A stretch of DNA of 64,000 nt from Chloroflexota bacterium (GCA_963663275.1 OY760183.1:2848001-2912000), one strand, 5' to 3'. Numbered from the stretch's first letter, positions 42,948 to 53,262 are shown. Notes: generated by a model from the letters alone, not told the origin. Program-made: numbers and translations.

Positions 42948-43408
42948 AAGCCCCGGTTACTTCCGTGACGCGGCCCGGCGCGGTCGCGCGCCGCTGGTAC
43001 GTGGTTGACGCCACCGGCCACACCCTCGGCAGGCTGGCGACCCACGTCGCCCACGTGCTGCGCGGCAAGCACAAACCGCAATTCTCCCCGAACATAGACG
43101 TCGGCGACTACGTGATTGTGGTCAACGCGGCCAAGGTCGCGGTTACCGGCCGCAAGCGCGAGCAGAAAGTCTACTACCGCCACTCCGGCTACCCCGGCGG
43201 CATTCGCGGGGTGCTGCTGGAAGACCAGTTGGAGCAGCGTCCGCACCGCGTCATCGAGCACGCCGTGCGCGGCATGTTGCCGCATAACCGCCTGGGACGC
43301 GCGATGTTCAAGAAGCTGAAAGTCTACGGCGGACCCGATCACCCGCACGAGGCCCAACGGCCCGAGCCACTCTTCGCAAGCCAGACAGGAGCGAACGCAG
43401 ATGAGTAG
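42944..43408 (+). CDS. rplM: 50S ribosomal protein L13
   Basis: LRGKHKP, HSGYPGG. Confidence 0.98.
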   Translation: MKAPVTSVTRPGAVARRWYVVDATGHTLGRLATHVAHVLRGKHKPQFSPNIDVGDYVIVVNAAKVAVTGRKREQKVYYRHSGYPGGIRGVLLEDQLEQRPHRVIEHAVRGMLPHNRLGRAMFKKLKVYGGPDHPHEAQRPEPLFASQTGANADE

Positions 43409-43799
43409 AGATGGCGACGCCCAATACTACGTCGGCGTGGGGCGGCGCAAAGAGGCCGTGGCCCGCATCCGCCTCTACAGCGGCGAGCGCGGCATCATCG
43501 TCAACGGCCGGCCCCTGGAAGACTATTTTCCCCGCATCCTGCACCAGAACGTGGTGCAGGAACCGCTCGACCTCGTCGGCGCTGGCTTTCGCGTCTCGGC
43601 GAAAGTAGTCGGCGGCGGCATCAGCGGCCAGGCGGACGCCATCCGCCACGGCGTGGCGCGGGCGCTGGTCAACGCCAATGAACAATACCGCTTTACCCTG
43701 CGCAAGGCCGGCCTGCTCACCCGCGACGCCCGCGTAAAAGAGCGGAAGAAATACGGCCTCAAACGCGCCCGCAAAGCCCCGCAGTACACCAAGCGCTAG
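43401..43799 (+). CDS. rpsI: 30S ribosomal protein S9
   Basis: [27 protein letters not shown]. Confidence 0.98.
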   Translation: MSRDGDAQYYVGVGRRKEAVARIRLYSGERGIIVNGRPLEDYFPRILHQNVVQEPLDLVGAGFRVSAKVVGGGISGQADAIRHGVARALVNANEQYRFTLRKAGLLTRDARVKERKKYGLKRARKAPQYTKR

Positions 43800-44013
43800 C
43801 CGCCAGGCACGCGGCCCAGCCGTAAGGCGCGCCGCTCGTATTCGGCTCTTAGAATCTCCCTCTCCCTCGAGGGAGAGGGCCGGGGTGAGGGTGAATCATC
43901 GCTCTTTGGCTCACTGCCGCCCACAGTCCCGCAAGCCCAATAGCAACCTCACGCTGTTCTCTTGAGCCGGTCGAAATACGCACGCCCCGCCACGACCCCA
44001 TTTACACGCCCGC

Positions 44014-44562
44014 CTACGCGCCCTCCTCAGGCTCAGCGTCCCCGCCGGTCAGCGCGGCCAGAAACCGCTCCCGTTCCGGCAGGTCTTCCAGGCTGGCCAG
44101 CCCAAAGCGCTTGAGAAACTCGAAAGTCGTGCGGTACTCGATTGGCCGTCCAGGCGTGGGCCGCCGCTCGCCGGCGGCAATCAGTTCGCGATTGAGCAGC
44201 ACGGCCAGCGTGTGATCCGAGTTTACGCCGCGAATGCGCTCGATCTCGGCGCGGGTAGCCGGCTGGTAATACGCAATCACGGCCAGCGTTTCCAGCGTGG
44301 CCCGCGAAAGTTTCTCGCGGCGGTGCACGCCCAACAGCGCGCGCACGTACGGCGCCGCGTCCGGGTGCGAGACGAAGAGATACGCCCCGTCCTGCTCCTG
44401 CAGCAGAATGCCCCGCTGGCGCGCCTCCGCCTTCAGTCCCGCCAAGGCCTCAGCCACGACCCGCGCCGGTTCCCCGGCGACCTGCGCCATTTCCCGCACC
44501 GTGAGCGGCCGCTCGGCGACGAAGAGGAGCGCCTCCAGCACAGCGGTCAGCGGCAGCGCCAT
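44014..44562 (-). CDS. scpB: Segregation and condensation protein B
   Basis: LEALLF, LETLAVIAY.QP.TRAEIERIRGV, FGL.SL.DLP. Confidence 0.95.
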   Translation of the reverse strand: MALPLTAVLEALLFVAERPLTVREMAQVAGEPARVVAEALAGLKAEARQRGILLQEQDGAYLFVSHPDAAPYVRALLGVHRREKLSRATLETLAVIAYYQPATRAEIERIRGVNSDHTLAVLLNRELIAAGERRPTPGRPIEYRTTFEFLKRFGLASLEDLPERERFLAALTGGDAEPEEGA

Positions 44563-44568
44563 GAGCAA

Positions 44569-45378
44569 TTACCTTCCCCGCGCCGGAGCGGGCGCAGGAG
44601 ATTCCAGATCGTGCGCGGAATCCGTCGTCGGCGCGGAATCCGCTGTTGGCCCACCCTCCACCGGCGGTGCGGCGGGACCGGAAGGCGCGGGGAAGATGTG
44701 GATGTCGGCGTAGAGCGCATTCTGCCGCACCGTGGCCTTGCCCAGCCGCAGAAACTCCAGCACGGCCAGGAACGCCACCACGATCTCCTCCAACGACTGC
44801 GCCGGCCGGATGATCTCGCGAAATCCGGCCTGGCCGTGCCGCGCCAGCAGCGTATCGATGCGTTCCAGATAGGTCTCGACGTGCACCGTGCGCCGGGCCA
44901 CGGTGGGCAGGTCGTCTTCCTTCTCCTCCAGCACCGCCGCCAGCGCGCTCACAAGGTCTTCGGGCGCATAGCCGACGAGCTCGGGCGCTGCGGGGGCTGG
45001 CGTTGGCGGCGGCGCCGTCCGCTGGTAGGAGCCGCCGCGTTCTTCCTGCCAGGCGGCGACGGTGGTCATCAACTGCGTGAACCGCTGGTAGCCGCGCAGT
45101 TGCTCCTCCAGAGACTCTTCCTCCTCGTCCGCTTCCCGGGGCTCGTGCAGCAGCGCCCGCGACTTGTAATGCATCAGTTGCGCCGCCGCGCGCAGAAACG
45201 CCGCCAGCAGCGGGCCGTCCCGCGCGCCCATGCTCTCCACGTGGGCCAGGAACTGCCCGGTCACCGCCACCAGCGAGAGTTCCGTTATGTCAAGTCTCTG
45301 CTCCTGAATTAGTCCCAGCAGGACGTCGAGCGGGCCTTCGAAGATCGCCAGGCGCACGGAAGGTAGCGGGGAAGCCAT
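44569..45378 (-). CDS. scpA: Segregation and condensation protein A (kleisin)
   Basis: FEGPLDVLL.LI, KSRALL, FLAVLE. Confidence 0.93.
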   Translation of the reverse strand: MASPLPSVRLAIFEGPLDVLLGLIQEQRLDITELSLVAVTGQFLAHVESMGARDGPLLAAFLRAAAQLMHYKSRALLHEPREADEEEESLEEQLRGYQRFTQLMTTVAAWQEERGGSYQRTAPPPTPAPAAPELVGYAPEDLVSALAAVLEEKEDDLPTVARRTVHVETYLERIDTLLARHGQAGFREIIRPAQSLEEIVVAFLAVLEFLRLGKATVRQNALYADIHIFPAPSGPAAPPVEGGPTADSAPTTDSAHDLESPAPAPARGR

Positions 45379-45379
45379 G

Positions 45380-46033
45380 TCAGAAGCCGAGGAAGAGATT
45401 TCTGAGATATTCAACCGGCGTGCCAAGGACAGCTTGGAAGATACCGAATCGCAAGAACCACATGTCCAAGAGCACGATCATGAACAGCACTAACGGCCCC
45501 TGCACCTCAAACCGGGTAATGGAGGGCACAAGGTGCGGCGGCAAGAAGCGCAGCAGCACCCGGTAGCCGTCCAGAGGCGGAATCGGAATGATGTTGAATA
45601 TGGCCAAGGCGATGTTTATGTGCACCACCCAGACCAGAACCTGTGCAATCGCGATGGTAGTTTCATCGGTAGTCGGATCGACTGATGAAAGGAAGTTGCG
45701 CAACAAGACTCCGATTACGGCCGCGGTCAGGATATTTGCGGCCGGACCCGCGATCGCCACCATTGCGCCCCCCGAAATCGGGCCGTTACGTAAGTTCGCC
45801 GGGTTATACGGCACCGGCTTGCCCCAGCCAAAGCCGATGAGGACAATCATCAGCGAGCCCATCAGGTCCAGGTGCGCCAGCGGATTGAGCGTGAGCCGTC
45901 CCAGATCCCGCGCCGTGGGATCGCCCAGCCGGTTCGCCATCCACGCATGACTGAATTCATGCACGGAAATGCCCACCACAAGCGCAATCAGGACGCCCAG
46001 GAATACCGCCGGATTTCCAAGTTGGGCAAGCAC
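45380..46033 (-). CDS. Site-2 protease (M50 family)
   Basis: HEFSH, GDPTAR..GRLTLNP, NIIPIPPLDG. Confidence 0.93.
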   Translation of the reverse strand: MLAQLGNPAVFLGVLIALVVGISVHEFSHAWMANRLGDPTARDLGRLTLNPLAHLDLMGSLMIVLIGFGWGKPVPYNPANLRNGPISGGAMVAIAGPAANILTAAVIGVLLRNFLSSVDPTTDETTIAIAQVLVWVVHINIALAIFNIIPIPPLDGYRVLLRFLPPHLVPSITRFEVQGPLVLFMIVLLDMWFLRFGIFQAVLGTPVEYLRNLFLGF

Positions 46034-46195
46034 CGTCGACCTCCCGGGAGGCGGGTTGAAAGGGTAAACGAACGGACAGACTCATCGTAGCACCGGCGCC
46101 TATGCAATGACAACCGAGACGAGCAGGTTCAGGCTGGCGCCCGCCGCTCATGCCACACGCGGCGGGCGCGCCCGCTCAAACCGATTCACACATCT

Positions 46196-46330
46196 GTCAT
46201 TCCGAGCGGAGCGAGGAATCTAGTGTCCTTGCAGCGGCAGTCTGAATGGCTCACCACTCTAGATTCCTCTCTCCGCTGCGCTCCGTTCGGAATGACAATT
46301 ACCGTGAACGCACCCGCTCGGAATGACACG
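46196..46330. repeat. Palindromic module GTCATTCCGAGCG...CGGAATGAC
   Basis: Same arms as copies at 16932-17022, 17154-17255 and 48205-48295, with a different central spacer. Confidence 0.8.
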
Positions 46331-46586
46331 CACCGTGAACGCTCTCGGCCGGAGTGGCAATAGCGCACACCATACACAAGACCGGAGACACATTCTGACA
46401 GGAGGCGTATCGCGACATGCAGACCGGCCCGGCACGGGCACGTGAGTAACGGTCCGCTATTCCCCAATGACAACGCCACTTGTCGCTAGAAAGCGGATTT
46501 GCTACGATGAAACGTGACCGCCCACGCCGGTGGGCTTGGGGGCGTTGTGTCTTGTAATGAACCCAGCGTGGGGATGCGAGAGGCTT

Positions 46587-46907
46587 ATGCGCGCGAATGC
46601 GGCTCACGTCGATCCGATCGAGATGTTTGCGGGCGTGCACCGCAAGACGCTCGCGTATGGCGCAAACTCCATGATTTGCCAGATCAGCTTTGCCCCCGGC
46701 GGCGACGTTCCTCTGCACCAGCATCCCAACGAGCAGACGGGATACGTCATCGAGGGCACGCTGAAGCTCACAATCGATACCGAACTGCTGGTGCTGAAAC
46801 CGGGCGAGACCTACGTAATCCCCGGCAATACGCCCCACGCCGCCACGGCGGACGAACCGACCGTCGTGCTGGACATCTTTTCGCCGCCGCGCGAGGACTA
46901 CAAGTAG
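46587..46907 (+). CDS. Cupin-domain protein
   Basis: [11 protein letters not shown]...IPGNTPH. Confidence 0.88.
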   Translation: MRANAAHVDPIEMFAGVHRKTLAYGANSMICQISFAPGGDVPLHQHPNEQTGYVIEGTLKLTIDTELLVLKPGETYVIPGNTPHAATADEPTVVLDIFSPPREDYK

Positions 46908-46959
46908 CGAGCGCCCACACGCGCGCTCAAGCGCAAACAACCGCAGAAGGAGTACCGAC

Positions 46960-47202
46960 TTGCTCAGGATCCGCCTTGTTCGCATTGGCAAACGCAAGCA
47001 GCCCCACTATCGAGTCGTCGTCGCCGACGCCAGGACGGCGCGCAACGGCCGCCACGTGGACGTGCTGGGGCACTACAATCCGCGCACTGAGCCATCCACC
47101 GTGCAGATCGACACTGAACGCGCGCAGGACTGGCTGCAGAAGGGCGCGCAACCAACGGACCGCGTGCGCAAACTGCTCACAATCGCCGGACTGGAGGCAT
47201 AG
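46960..47202 (+). CDS. rpsP: 30S ribosomal protein S16
   Basis: IRLVRIG...YRVVVAD, GAQPTDRV. Confidence 0.97.
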   Translation: MLRIRLVRIGKRKQPHYRVVVADARTARNGRHVDVLGHYNPRTEPSTVQIDTERAQDWLQKGAQPTDRVRKLLTIAGLEA

Positions 47203-47204
47203 CG

Positions 47205-47540
47205 ATGTACGAACGGCGGTCCGGCAGGCCGCGCGACGGCGGACGGCGCGGCCCCCGGCAACGGGGCGGCAGAGACCGCGACTACCGGGGTGACAGCGGC
47301 ACCGTGCCGGCGCTCACCGGCCTCATCGAATTCGTCGCCTACGGCCTGGTGCGCAACGTGGACGCCGTGCAAGTGCGCGAAATCGTGCGTTCCCAGGCAG
47401 TCGTCTACGAACTGCGCGTGGCCGATGAGGACAAGGGCCGCGTGATCGGCAAGGACGGTCGCATTGCCCAGGCCCTGCGCACGGTCATGCGCGCCGCGGC
47501 CGGCGAGTCGAGCCGCCGCGTGGCGCTCGACATCATTTAG
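47205..47540 (+). CDS. khpA: KH-domain RNA-binding protein (KhpA/YlqC)
   Basis: DKGRVIGKDGRIA.ALR; between rpsP and rimM. Confidence 0.88.
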   Translation: MYERRSGRPRDGGRRGPRQRGGRDRDYRGDSGTVPALTGLIEFVAYGLVRNVDAVQVREIVRSQAVVYELRVADEDKGRVIGKDGRIAQALRTVMRAAAGESSRRVALDII

Positions 47541-47542
47541 CC

Positions 47543-48091
47543 TTGAGCGGCACAAGCGCCCGTGACGGAGAGCGGCCCGACGCCTACGACGGCTGGATCA
47601 TCATCGGACGCATCCGCGCGCCGCACGGCATCCGGGGCGAGGTGCGCGTGGAACTGCTCACCGACTTTCCCGAACGCTACCGGACGCTCAAGCGCGTCTA
47701 CCTGGGCGAGCGGCACGAGCCTCACGCGGTTGAAGCGGCGCGCTTTACCCCCAAAGGCGTTCTGCTCAAACTCGCCGGCGTGAACGCGCGGGATGCCGCG
47801 GACGCCCTGCGCGGCGCGTACGTGGCGCTGCCTGAAGCGGACTTGCCCCCGCTTCCCACCGGCAATTTCCACCATCACCAGATCAGAGGTCTCGGCGTCT
47901 ACGCGGAAGACGGCCGGCACTTGGGTGCGGTGGCGGAGATACTCACCACCGGCAGCAACGACGTCTACGTCGTGCGCGGCGGGCCGTCCGGGGAGATTCT
48001 GCTGCCGGCCATCGCGGACGTAATCCTCAGCATCGACCTGAAAGCGGAACGCATCACCGTCCGCCTCATCCCCGGCCTCGTACCGGATTGA
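47543..48091 (+). CDS. rimM: Ribosome maturation factor RimM
   Basis: IGRI..PHGIRGEV, TGSNDVY. Confidence 0.95.
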   Translation: MSGTSARDGERPDAYDGWIIIGRIRAPHGIRGEVRVELLTDFPERYRTLKRVYLGERHEPHAVEAARFTPKGVLLKLAGVNARDAADALRGAYVALPEADLPPLPTGNFHHHQIRGLGVYAEDGRHLGAVAEILTTGSNDVYVVRGGPSGEILLPAIADVILSIDLKAERITVRLIPGLVPD

Positions 48092-48152
48092 AAGCATGGC
48101 GCGCATCTGCTCGAATCCACGTTGCCGAGACGATTCACCTCTCGTGCCAATG

Positions 48153-48456
48153 TAGACCTTTGCGTAACCCCTTCCCCATTGGGGGCTGACAGGGGTAGGC
48201 AAGTGTCATTCCGAGCGGAGCGAGGAATCTAGAACCGACGTTTTTGCAGCGAAAGCCTTAGATTCCTCTCTCCGCTGCGCTCCGCTCGGAATGACACGTG
48301 AAGTCGGATGTAGAATGCCTACCCCTGTCAGCCCATTGGGGGGGGGGGGAAGGTTGGGATGGGGGGGTGAAATGGCTTGACACCATGCACTTTTTAGTTG
48401 TAAAAGCACTCTGGATTCCGGTTTTCACCGGAATGACAGAGTTATGCAAAGGTCTC
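48153..48456. mobile_element. Nested MITE-like element with target-site duplications
   Basis: Outer TIRs flanked by CAATG/CAATG; inner element 48183-48334 with 19-bp TIR GGGCTGACAGGGGTAGGCA flanked by ATTGG/ATTGG. Confidence 0.85.
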
Positions 48457-48464
48457 CAATGGGG

Positions 48465-48805
48465 TAAGGGGCACGGCAAGTCGCAATGCTGTCTCATTAG
48501 CTCTTGAATTAGGCAACCACGGCGAATCCGCGCTGTAAGTGCGCTGAAAATGTCGCACCGCCGGTGTAGGGGCACGACATGTCGCAATGCTGTCTCATTA
48601 GCTTTTGAATTAGGCAACCACGGCGAATCGGCGCTGTAAATGCGCTGAACATGTCGTACCGCCGGTGTAGGGGCACGGCAAGTCGCAATGCTGTCTCATT
48701 AGCTTTTGAATCAGGCAACCATGGCGAATCCGCGCTGTAAGTGCGCTGAACATGTCGTACTGCCGGTGTAGGGGCACGACATGTCGTGCCCCTACACCGG
48801 CAGTA
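48465..48805. repeat. Tandem array of three 101-bp units ending in a complete REP-B palindrome (BIME-like)
   Basis: GCACG anchor recurs at 48471, 48572, 48673 and 48774. Confidence 0.9.
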
Positions 48806-48854
48806 CGAGCCGAATCGCGCGGCAAGAGAACACAGCCAACACCGAGCAATCGCC

Positions 48855-49595
48855 ATGATGCGCGTAGACATTCTCACGCTCTTTCCCGACTACTTTCGCG
48901 GCCCGCTCGCCCACGGCACGCTCAGCCGCGCCGTGCGGGGCGGCAATCTCACCGTGAGCGTGCACAATCTGCGCAATTGGGCCGAGGGCAGGCACCGGGT
49001 GACGGACGACTACACCTTTGGCGGCGGCACGGGCATGGTGATGAAGCCGGAGCCTCTCTTTCGCGCTGTCGCGGACCTCAGAACGCCGGGCGCGTACGTC
49101 ATTCTGCTAAGTCCCGCCGGCAGCCTGCTCACCCAACAGTCCGCCGCCGAGCTGGCCACGCGGGAGCATCTCATCCTGCTGTGCGGGCGCTACGAAGGCG
49201 TGGACGAGCGCGTGGCGGCGCATCTGGCCGATGCGGAAATCTCCATCGGCGACTACGTGGTCAGCGGCGGCGAGTTGCCCGCCCTGGTGCTGCTGGACGC
49301 GGCGGCGCGCCGCCTCCCCGGCGTGCTAGGCGGGGGAGAGGCGGCCGTGACCGAGGAATCCCACGCCGCCGGTATCCTGGAATATCCCCACTACACGCGC
49401 CCCGCATCATATCAAGGCATGGCGGTCCCTGAAGAATTGCTCTCCGGCAACCACCGGCAGATCGAACGGTGGCGGCGGCGGCAGTCGCTGGCGCGCACCC
49501 GCGCACGCCGCCCCGACCTGCTCGCGCAAGCCGACCTCAGCGAAGAGGACAGGAGCCTCCTGGAGAGAGAGGCAAATTGCGACATGCCCGAATAG
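48855..49595 (+). CDS. trmD: tRNA (guanine37-N1)-methyltransferase
   Basis: TLFP, GGG.GMV, CGRYEGVDER, SIGDYVVSGGE. Confidence 0.97.
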   Translation: MMRVDILTLFPDYFRGPLAHGTLSRAVRGGNLTVSVHNLRNWAEGRHRVTDDYTFGGGTGMVMKPEPLFRAVADLRTPGAYVILLSPAGSLLTQQSAAELATREHLILLCGRYEGVDERVAAHLADAEISIGDYVVSGGELPALVLLDAAARRLPGVLGGGEAAVTEESHAAGILEYPHYTRPASYQGMAVPEELLSGNHRQIERWRRRQSLARTRARRPDLLAQADLSEEDRSLLEREANCDMPE

Positions 49596-49660
49596 TGTGC
49601 TACTGTAGCAAGGTGACGATTAAAGGCGAAGGCAGCGTTTTCCAGTAACGAGAAGTGACA

Positions 49661-50005
49661 ATGGCAACCATCATCGACGACATTGTGCAGTCGCGTTTGA
49701 AGACCGAACTGCCGGAGTTTGCCCCGGGCGATACCGTGCGCGTAGATGTAAAGGTCGTGGAGAGCGGCCGCGAGCGCACGCAGGCTTTCGAGGGCGTGGT
49801 GCTGGCGCGCCGCGCCGCCGGCATCAACGAGAACTTCACCGTGCGCCGCACCACCCACGGCATCGGCGTGGAGCGCACGTTCCTCGTCCACTCGCCCCGC
49901 ATCGAGAGCGTCCGCGTGGTGCGGCGCGGCCGGGTGCGGCGCGCAAAACTCTACTATCTCCGCGACCGCGTCGGCAAGGCCGCCCGCATCAAGGAACGCC
50001 GGTAG
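49661..50005 (+). CDS. rplS: 50S ribosomal protein L19
   Basis: [22 protein letters not shown]. Confidence 0.98.
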   Translation: MATIIDDIVQSRLKTELPEFAPGDTVRVDVKVVESGRERTQAFEGVVLARRAAGINENFTVRRTTHGIGVERTFLVHSPRIESVRVVRRGRVRRAKLYYLRDRVGKAARIKERR

Positions 50006-50100
50006 CCGGCCCATCGTTGGAAAGGATGCCCGCTCGCTTTCGTTCAAGCGGGCATTATCGTGTCATGCGTCTTAGTCGAAGTATGCGCACACCCGTCCGC

Positions 50101-50832
50101 ATGGACTACCTGGCGATCGAGCGGTCTTGGCTGGATCGCGGCGCTACGGTGATTGCCGGTACGGACGAAGTCGGCCGCGGCGCTTGGGCCGGTCCCGTGG
50201 TGGCCGGCGTGGTGGCCGTTGGCGTCGGCGTCTACCGCGCGCCGCCCGCCGACCTGCGCGGCATCGACGATTCCAAGCGGCTCACCCCAAAGCGGCGCGA
50301 GGCGCTCGTGCCGGGCATCATGGCGCACGCCGCCGCCTGGGGCCTGGGCGCGGCGACCTCCCGCGAAATCGCCAGCGACGGCCTCAGCGCGGCGGTACGC
50401 CTGGCCATCCGGCGCGCCTACGGCGACGTTGCCGCCAAGCTCACGCAAGCGCCCGACGTCCTCCTGACCGACGCCGTCGCGCTCCCCGGCGCGCCCGTGC
50501 CGGTAGAAGCGCATACCAAAGCCGACCAGCGCTGCCTGGCGGTGGCAATGGCGTCGATCCTGGCCAAAGTGCACCGCGACCGGCTGATGCGCCGTTTCGA
50601 TCCGGTCTACCCGTTCTTCGACTTTGCCCGCAATAAAGGCTACGGCACCCGCAGCCACGCGCGGGCGTTGCTGCGCCTGGGGCCGTGCGCCATTCACCGC
50701 GCCACGTATCGCCCGGTCATGCGCGCCGCCTCCGCGCTCATGGGCGGGGAATCCGGCGGTTCGACTCCTGCGGTGACGCAGGCCAACGCCGCCTCAGTGC
50801 GACCACCCTGCCGCTGGGGAAGTGACGCATGA
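50101..50832 (+). CDS. rnhB: Ribonuclease HII
   Basis: DEVGRG..AGPV, DSKRL, ASILAKV.RD, NKGYGT. Confidence 0.93.
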   Translation: MDYLAIERSWLDRGATVIAGTDEVGRGAWAGPVVAGVVAVGVGVYRAPPADLRGIDDSKRLTPKRREALVPGIMAHAAAWGLGAATSREIASDGLSAAVRLAIRRAYGDVAAKLTQAPDVLLTDAVALPGAPVPVEAHTKADQRCLAVAMASILAKVHRDRLMRRFDPVYPFFDFARNKGYGTRSHARALLRLGPCAIHRATYRPVMRAASALMGGESGGSTPAVTQANAASVRPPCRWGSDA

Positions 50833-51239
50833 ACCCGACTCCAGCGCAAACTGGGCCCGCGTCCAGGACACCGAACCGCTACCGGCAAACCGTCGGCAAG
50901 TGGGGCGAAGACGCCGCGGCCCGCTATCTCGCGGCTCAGGGCTACACGATTCTTACTCGCAATTACCGGACACCCGCCGGCGAACTGGACATCATCGCGT
51001 CGGACGGTGAAGCGATAGTGTTCGTAGAGGTAAAGACCCGGCGCACCGCCGGCTTCGGTACGCCCCAGGAAGCGGTAACGCCGGCCAAAGCGTCCCACAT
51101 CATCGCCGCCGCGCAGCACTACCTGCAAGACACCGCCCAGAGCGACGCCGCCTGGCGCATCGACGTTGTCGCCGTTCTCGGCAGCCCCGGGTCGCGTCCG
51201 CAGATTACGCTGATTCGCAACGCGGTGGAGGGTGACTAG
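50829..51239 (+). CDS. YraN (UPF0102) family protein
   Basis: GEDAAARYL, GELDII, FVEVKTR, RIDVVA. Confidence 0.92.
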   Translation: MNPTPAQTGPASRTPNRYRQTVGKWGEDAAARYLAAQGYTILTRNYRTPAGELDIIASDGEAIVFVEVKTRRTAGFGTPQEAVTPAKASHIIAAAQHYLQDTAQSDAAWRIDVVAVLGSPGSRPQITLIRNAVEGD

Positions 51240-51249
51240 CGCCGCCGCC

Positions 51250-51309
51250 AAGTATATCGACAAGTGTATCGGGAAGCATACCGGGAAGCATACCGGCAAG
51301 CATATCGAG
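51250..51309. repeat. Five tandem 12-bp repeats (AAGYRTAYCGRS)
   Basis: aagtatatcgac aagtgtatcggg aagcataccggg aagcataccggc aagcatatcgag. Confidence 0.8.
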
Positions 51310-51421
51310 CTTAATGCCGGACTCCGCTCCAGTCCCCTCTCCCTCTGGGAGAGGGCTAGGGTGAGGGTAAAGAAAAGGCAAGTCTTCAGACTGGAACGAA
51401 GTTGAAAGAGCGCCAGAGCAC

Positions 51422-52513
51422 ATGCCCACGCTATGGAACACACCCTATACCCGCGAAGAGTTGCTCAACCGGGTCGGCAGCATGGACCAACTCGGCGGCG
51501 CGCGGCGTCTCCGTTGGGAAGAGGGGCCGGAAGACGCCATGCTGGCCGCGGAGATGCGCACCGGCTCCGGCTTGAACCTCTGGGTAACGCCGACGCGCGG
51601 CCTGGACGTGGCGCACGCCGAGTACAAGGGCATCCCACTCGCCTGGCGTTCCCGCACCGGCGACGTGCACAGCGCCTATTTCGAACCCGAGGGGATGGGT
51701 TGGTTGCGGGGTTTCTTTGGCGGCCTCATCACCACTTGCGGCCTCACCTATCTCGGCGCGCCGTGCGTGGACCAAGGCGAGGAACTCGGCATCCACGGCC
51801 GCATCTCCTACACCGCCGCCCGCAACGTCCTGGTGGATAACGACTGGGACGGCGACGACTACGTGATGCGCGTGCAGGGGCGGCTGACCGAGAGCGCCGT
51901 CTTCGGCAATACCCTCGTGCTCACCCGCTGCATCTGGGCGCGGCTCGGTGAGTCGCGCTTCTTCGTGCACGACCGGGTTGAGAATGTGGGGAGGGAGCAA
52001 AGCCCGTTCATGCTGCTCTACCACGTCAACGTCGGCTTCCCCCTCGTGCACCGGGACGCGCGGCTGCTTTCGCCCACGGAACGCGCCGAGCCCCGCGACG
52101 CGGACGCCGCAGTTGGGCGCGACGAATACGACCGTTTCGAAGACCCCACGCCCGATTATGCCGAGCGCGTGTACTTCCATACCATGCGGCCCAACACCGA
52201 GGGGCGCGTGCAGGCGGCAATCGTCAATCCGCTGCTGCCCGGCGGTTTCGCCGCACAGGGCGGCCTGGGCGTGTACCTGCGCTACGATCCGCTTGAGCTT
52301 CCCTGCTTCACCGAATGGAAGATGATGAACAGCGACGAGTACGTCGTTGGCCTGGAACCCGGCAACTGCCTGCCGCTGGGACGCGCCGCCGAACGCGCCG
52401 CCGGCCGGCTGCGCCACCTGGCCCCGGGCGAGGCGCGGGAGTTTCATCTGGAGTTCGGCGTCCTCGACGGTGCTGACGCAATCCGGTCTTTCGAGCAGGC
52501 AATGCGCGCATGA
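51422..52513 (+). CDS. DUF4432 / aldose-1-epimerase-like protein
   Basis: RGLDV, GGLITTCG, HGRIS, LYHVNVGFP, YVVGLEPG. Confidence 0.82.
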   Translation: MPTLWNTPYTREELLNRVGSMDQLGGARRLRWEEGPEDAMLAAEMRTGSGLNLWVTPTRGLDVAHAEYKGIPLAWRSRTGDVHSAYFEPEGMGWLRGFFGGLITTCGLTYLGAPCVDQGEELGIHGRISYTAARNVLVDNDWDGDDYVMRVQGRLTESAVFGNTLVLTRCIWARLGESRFFVHDRVENVGREQSPFMLLYHVNVGFPLVHRDARLLSPTERAEPRDADAAVGRDEYDRFEDPTPDYAERVYFHTMRPNTEGRVQAAIVNPLLPGGFAAQGGLGVYLRYDPLELPCFTEWKMMNSDEYVVGLEPGNCLPLGRAAERAAGRLRHLAPGEAREFHLEFGVLDGADAIRSFEQAMRA

Positions 52514-53262
52514 AGCCAATCTCCATCCTCTGGTCCGACGGCGTAAGCGAAGCGGAGGTCAAAGCGGCCGTTACCGCCCTGCGGGACTTTCTGCGCTACG
52601 TGCAAACCGTCGGCTTCGAGCAGGACATTTGCCTGGCCCCGATCACCGTGCGGCCCCTGGGCAACTGGATCATTCAAGGCGCCGGCGGCAGCGGCGCGTA
52701 CCATTCGTTCCGGTGGTACTGGCAGACCAGCCTCGATGAACGCTCCGGCCAGGTCTCCGCCGCCACGTTCATCGAAATCGTGCGTTACGAACCCTGGCAA
52801 CACGCCGAACCGCACTTCGACCTCGCCCTGCTGCACTCGGACTTGCGCGACGACGTGACCGACACGGACGAAGACGCGGCATCCGGGGGTGAATATCCGC
52901 TGGTATTCGCGTGCACCGAGCCCGGCCTGGTTACGGTGATTTCAACCTGCCACCTCGCCCACATCGCCGACCGGGATCTGCGGCTCAAGTGCCTGCGCAG
53001 CTTGGTGATGCACAACTTCGGCCGCCTGATCGGCCTGCCCGGCGGACTGCCGGAGACCAAGCGCGGGGCTCCGCAGCCAGCCGCGGCCAGGCACACGCCC
53101 GCGCGGACGTGCGCGCCGCCGTGCGCCATGCATGAAGCCCAGTCCATAGACGATCTGATGAGCGTCGCGGCGGCGGCGAAAGGCGAAAAGCCGGTTTTGT
53201 GCGACCTGTGTAAAGAAGACCTGCGCTCAATTGTCTTTCGCCTGCACTTTTCAGAGAATTAG
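52510..53262 (+). CDS. Archaemetzincin-like protein with degenerate catalytic motif
   Basis: HNFGRLIGL in place of HExGHxxGL, followed by C...CAM and CDLC; ATGA overlap with the upstream gene. Confidence 0.6.
   Translation: MKPISILWSDGVSEAEVKAAVTALRDFLRYVQTVGFEQDICLAPITVRPLGNWIIQGAGGSGAYHSFRWYWQTSLDERSGQVSAATFIEIVRYEPWQHAEPHFDLALLHSDLRDDVTDTDEDAASGGEYPLVFACTEPGLVTVISTCHLAHIADRDLRLKCLRSLVMHNFGRLIGLPGGLPETKRGAPQPAAARHTPARTCAPPCAMHEAQSIDDLMSVAAAAKGEKPVLCDLCKEDLRSIVFRLHFSEN

Noticed and set aside
48338-48349. G homopolymer as a phase-variation tract
   Set aside because: It lies inside a non-coding MITE, and homopolymer length is error-prone
48465-48805. Possible CRISPR array
   Set aside because: The whole 101-bp unit repeats, so there are no unique spacers; no cas genes are in the window
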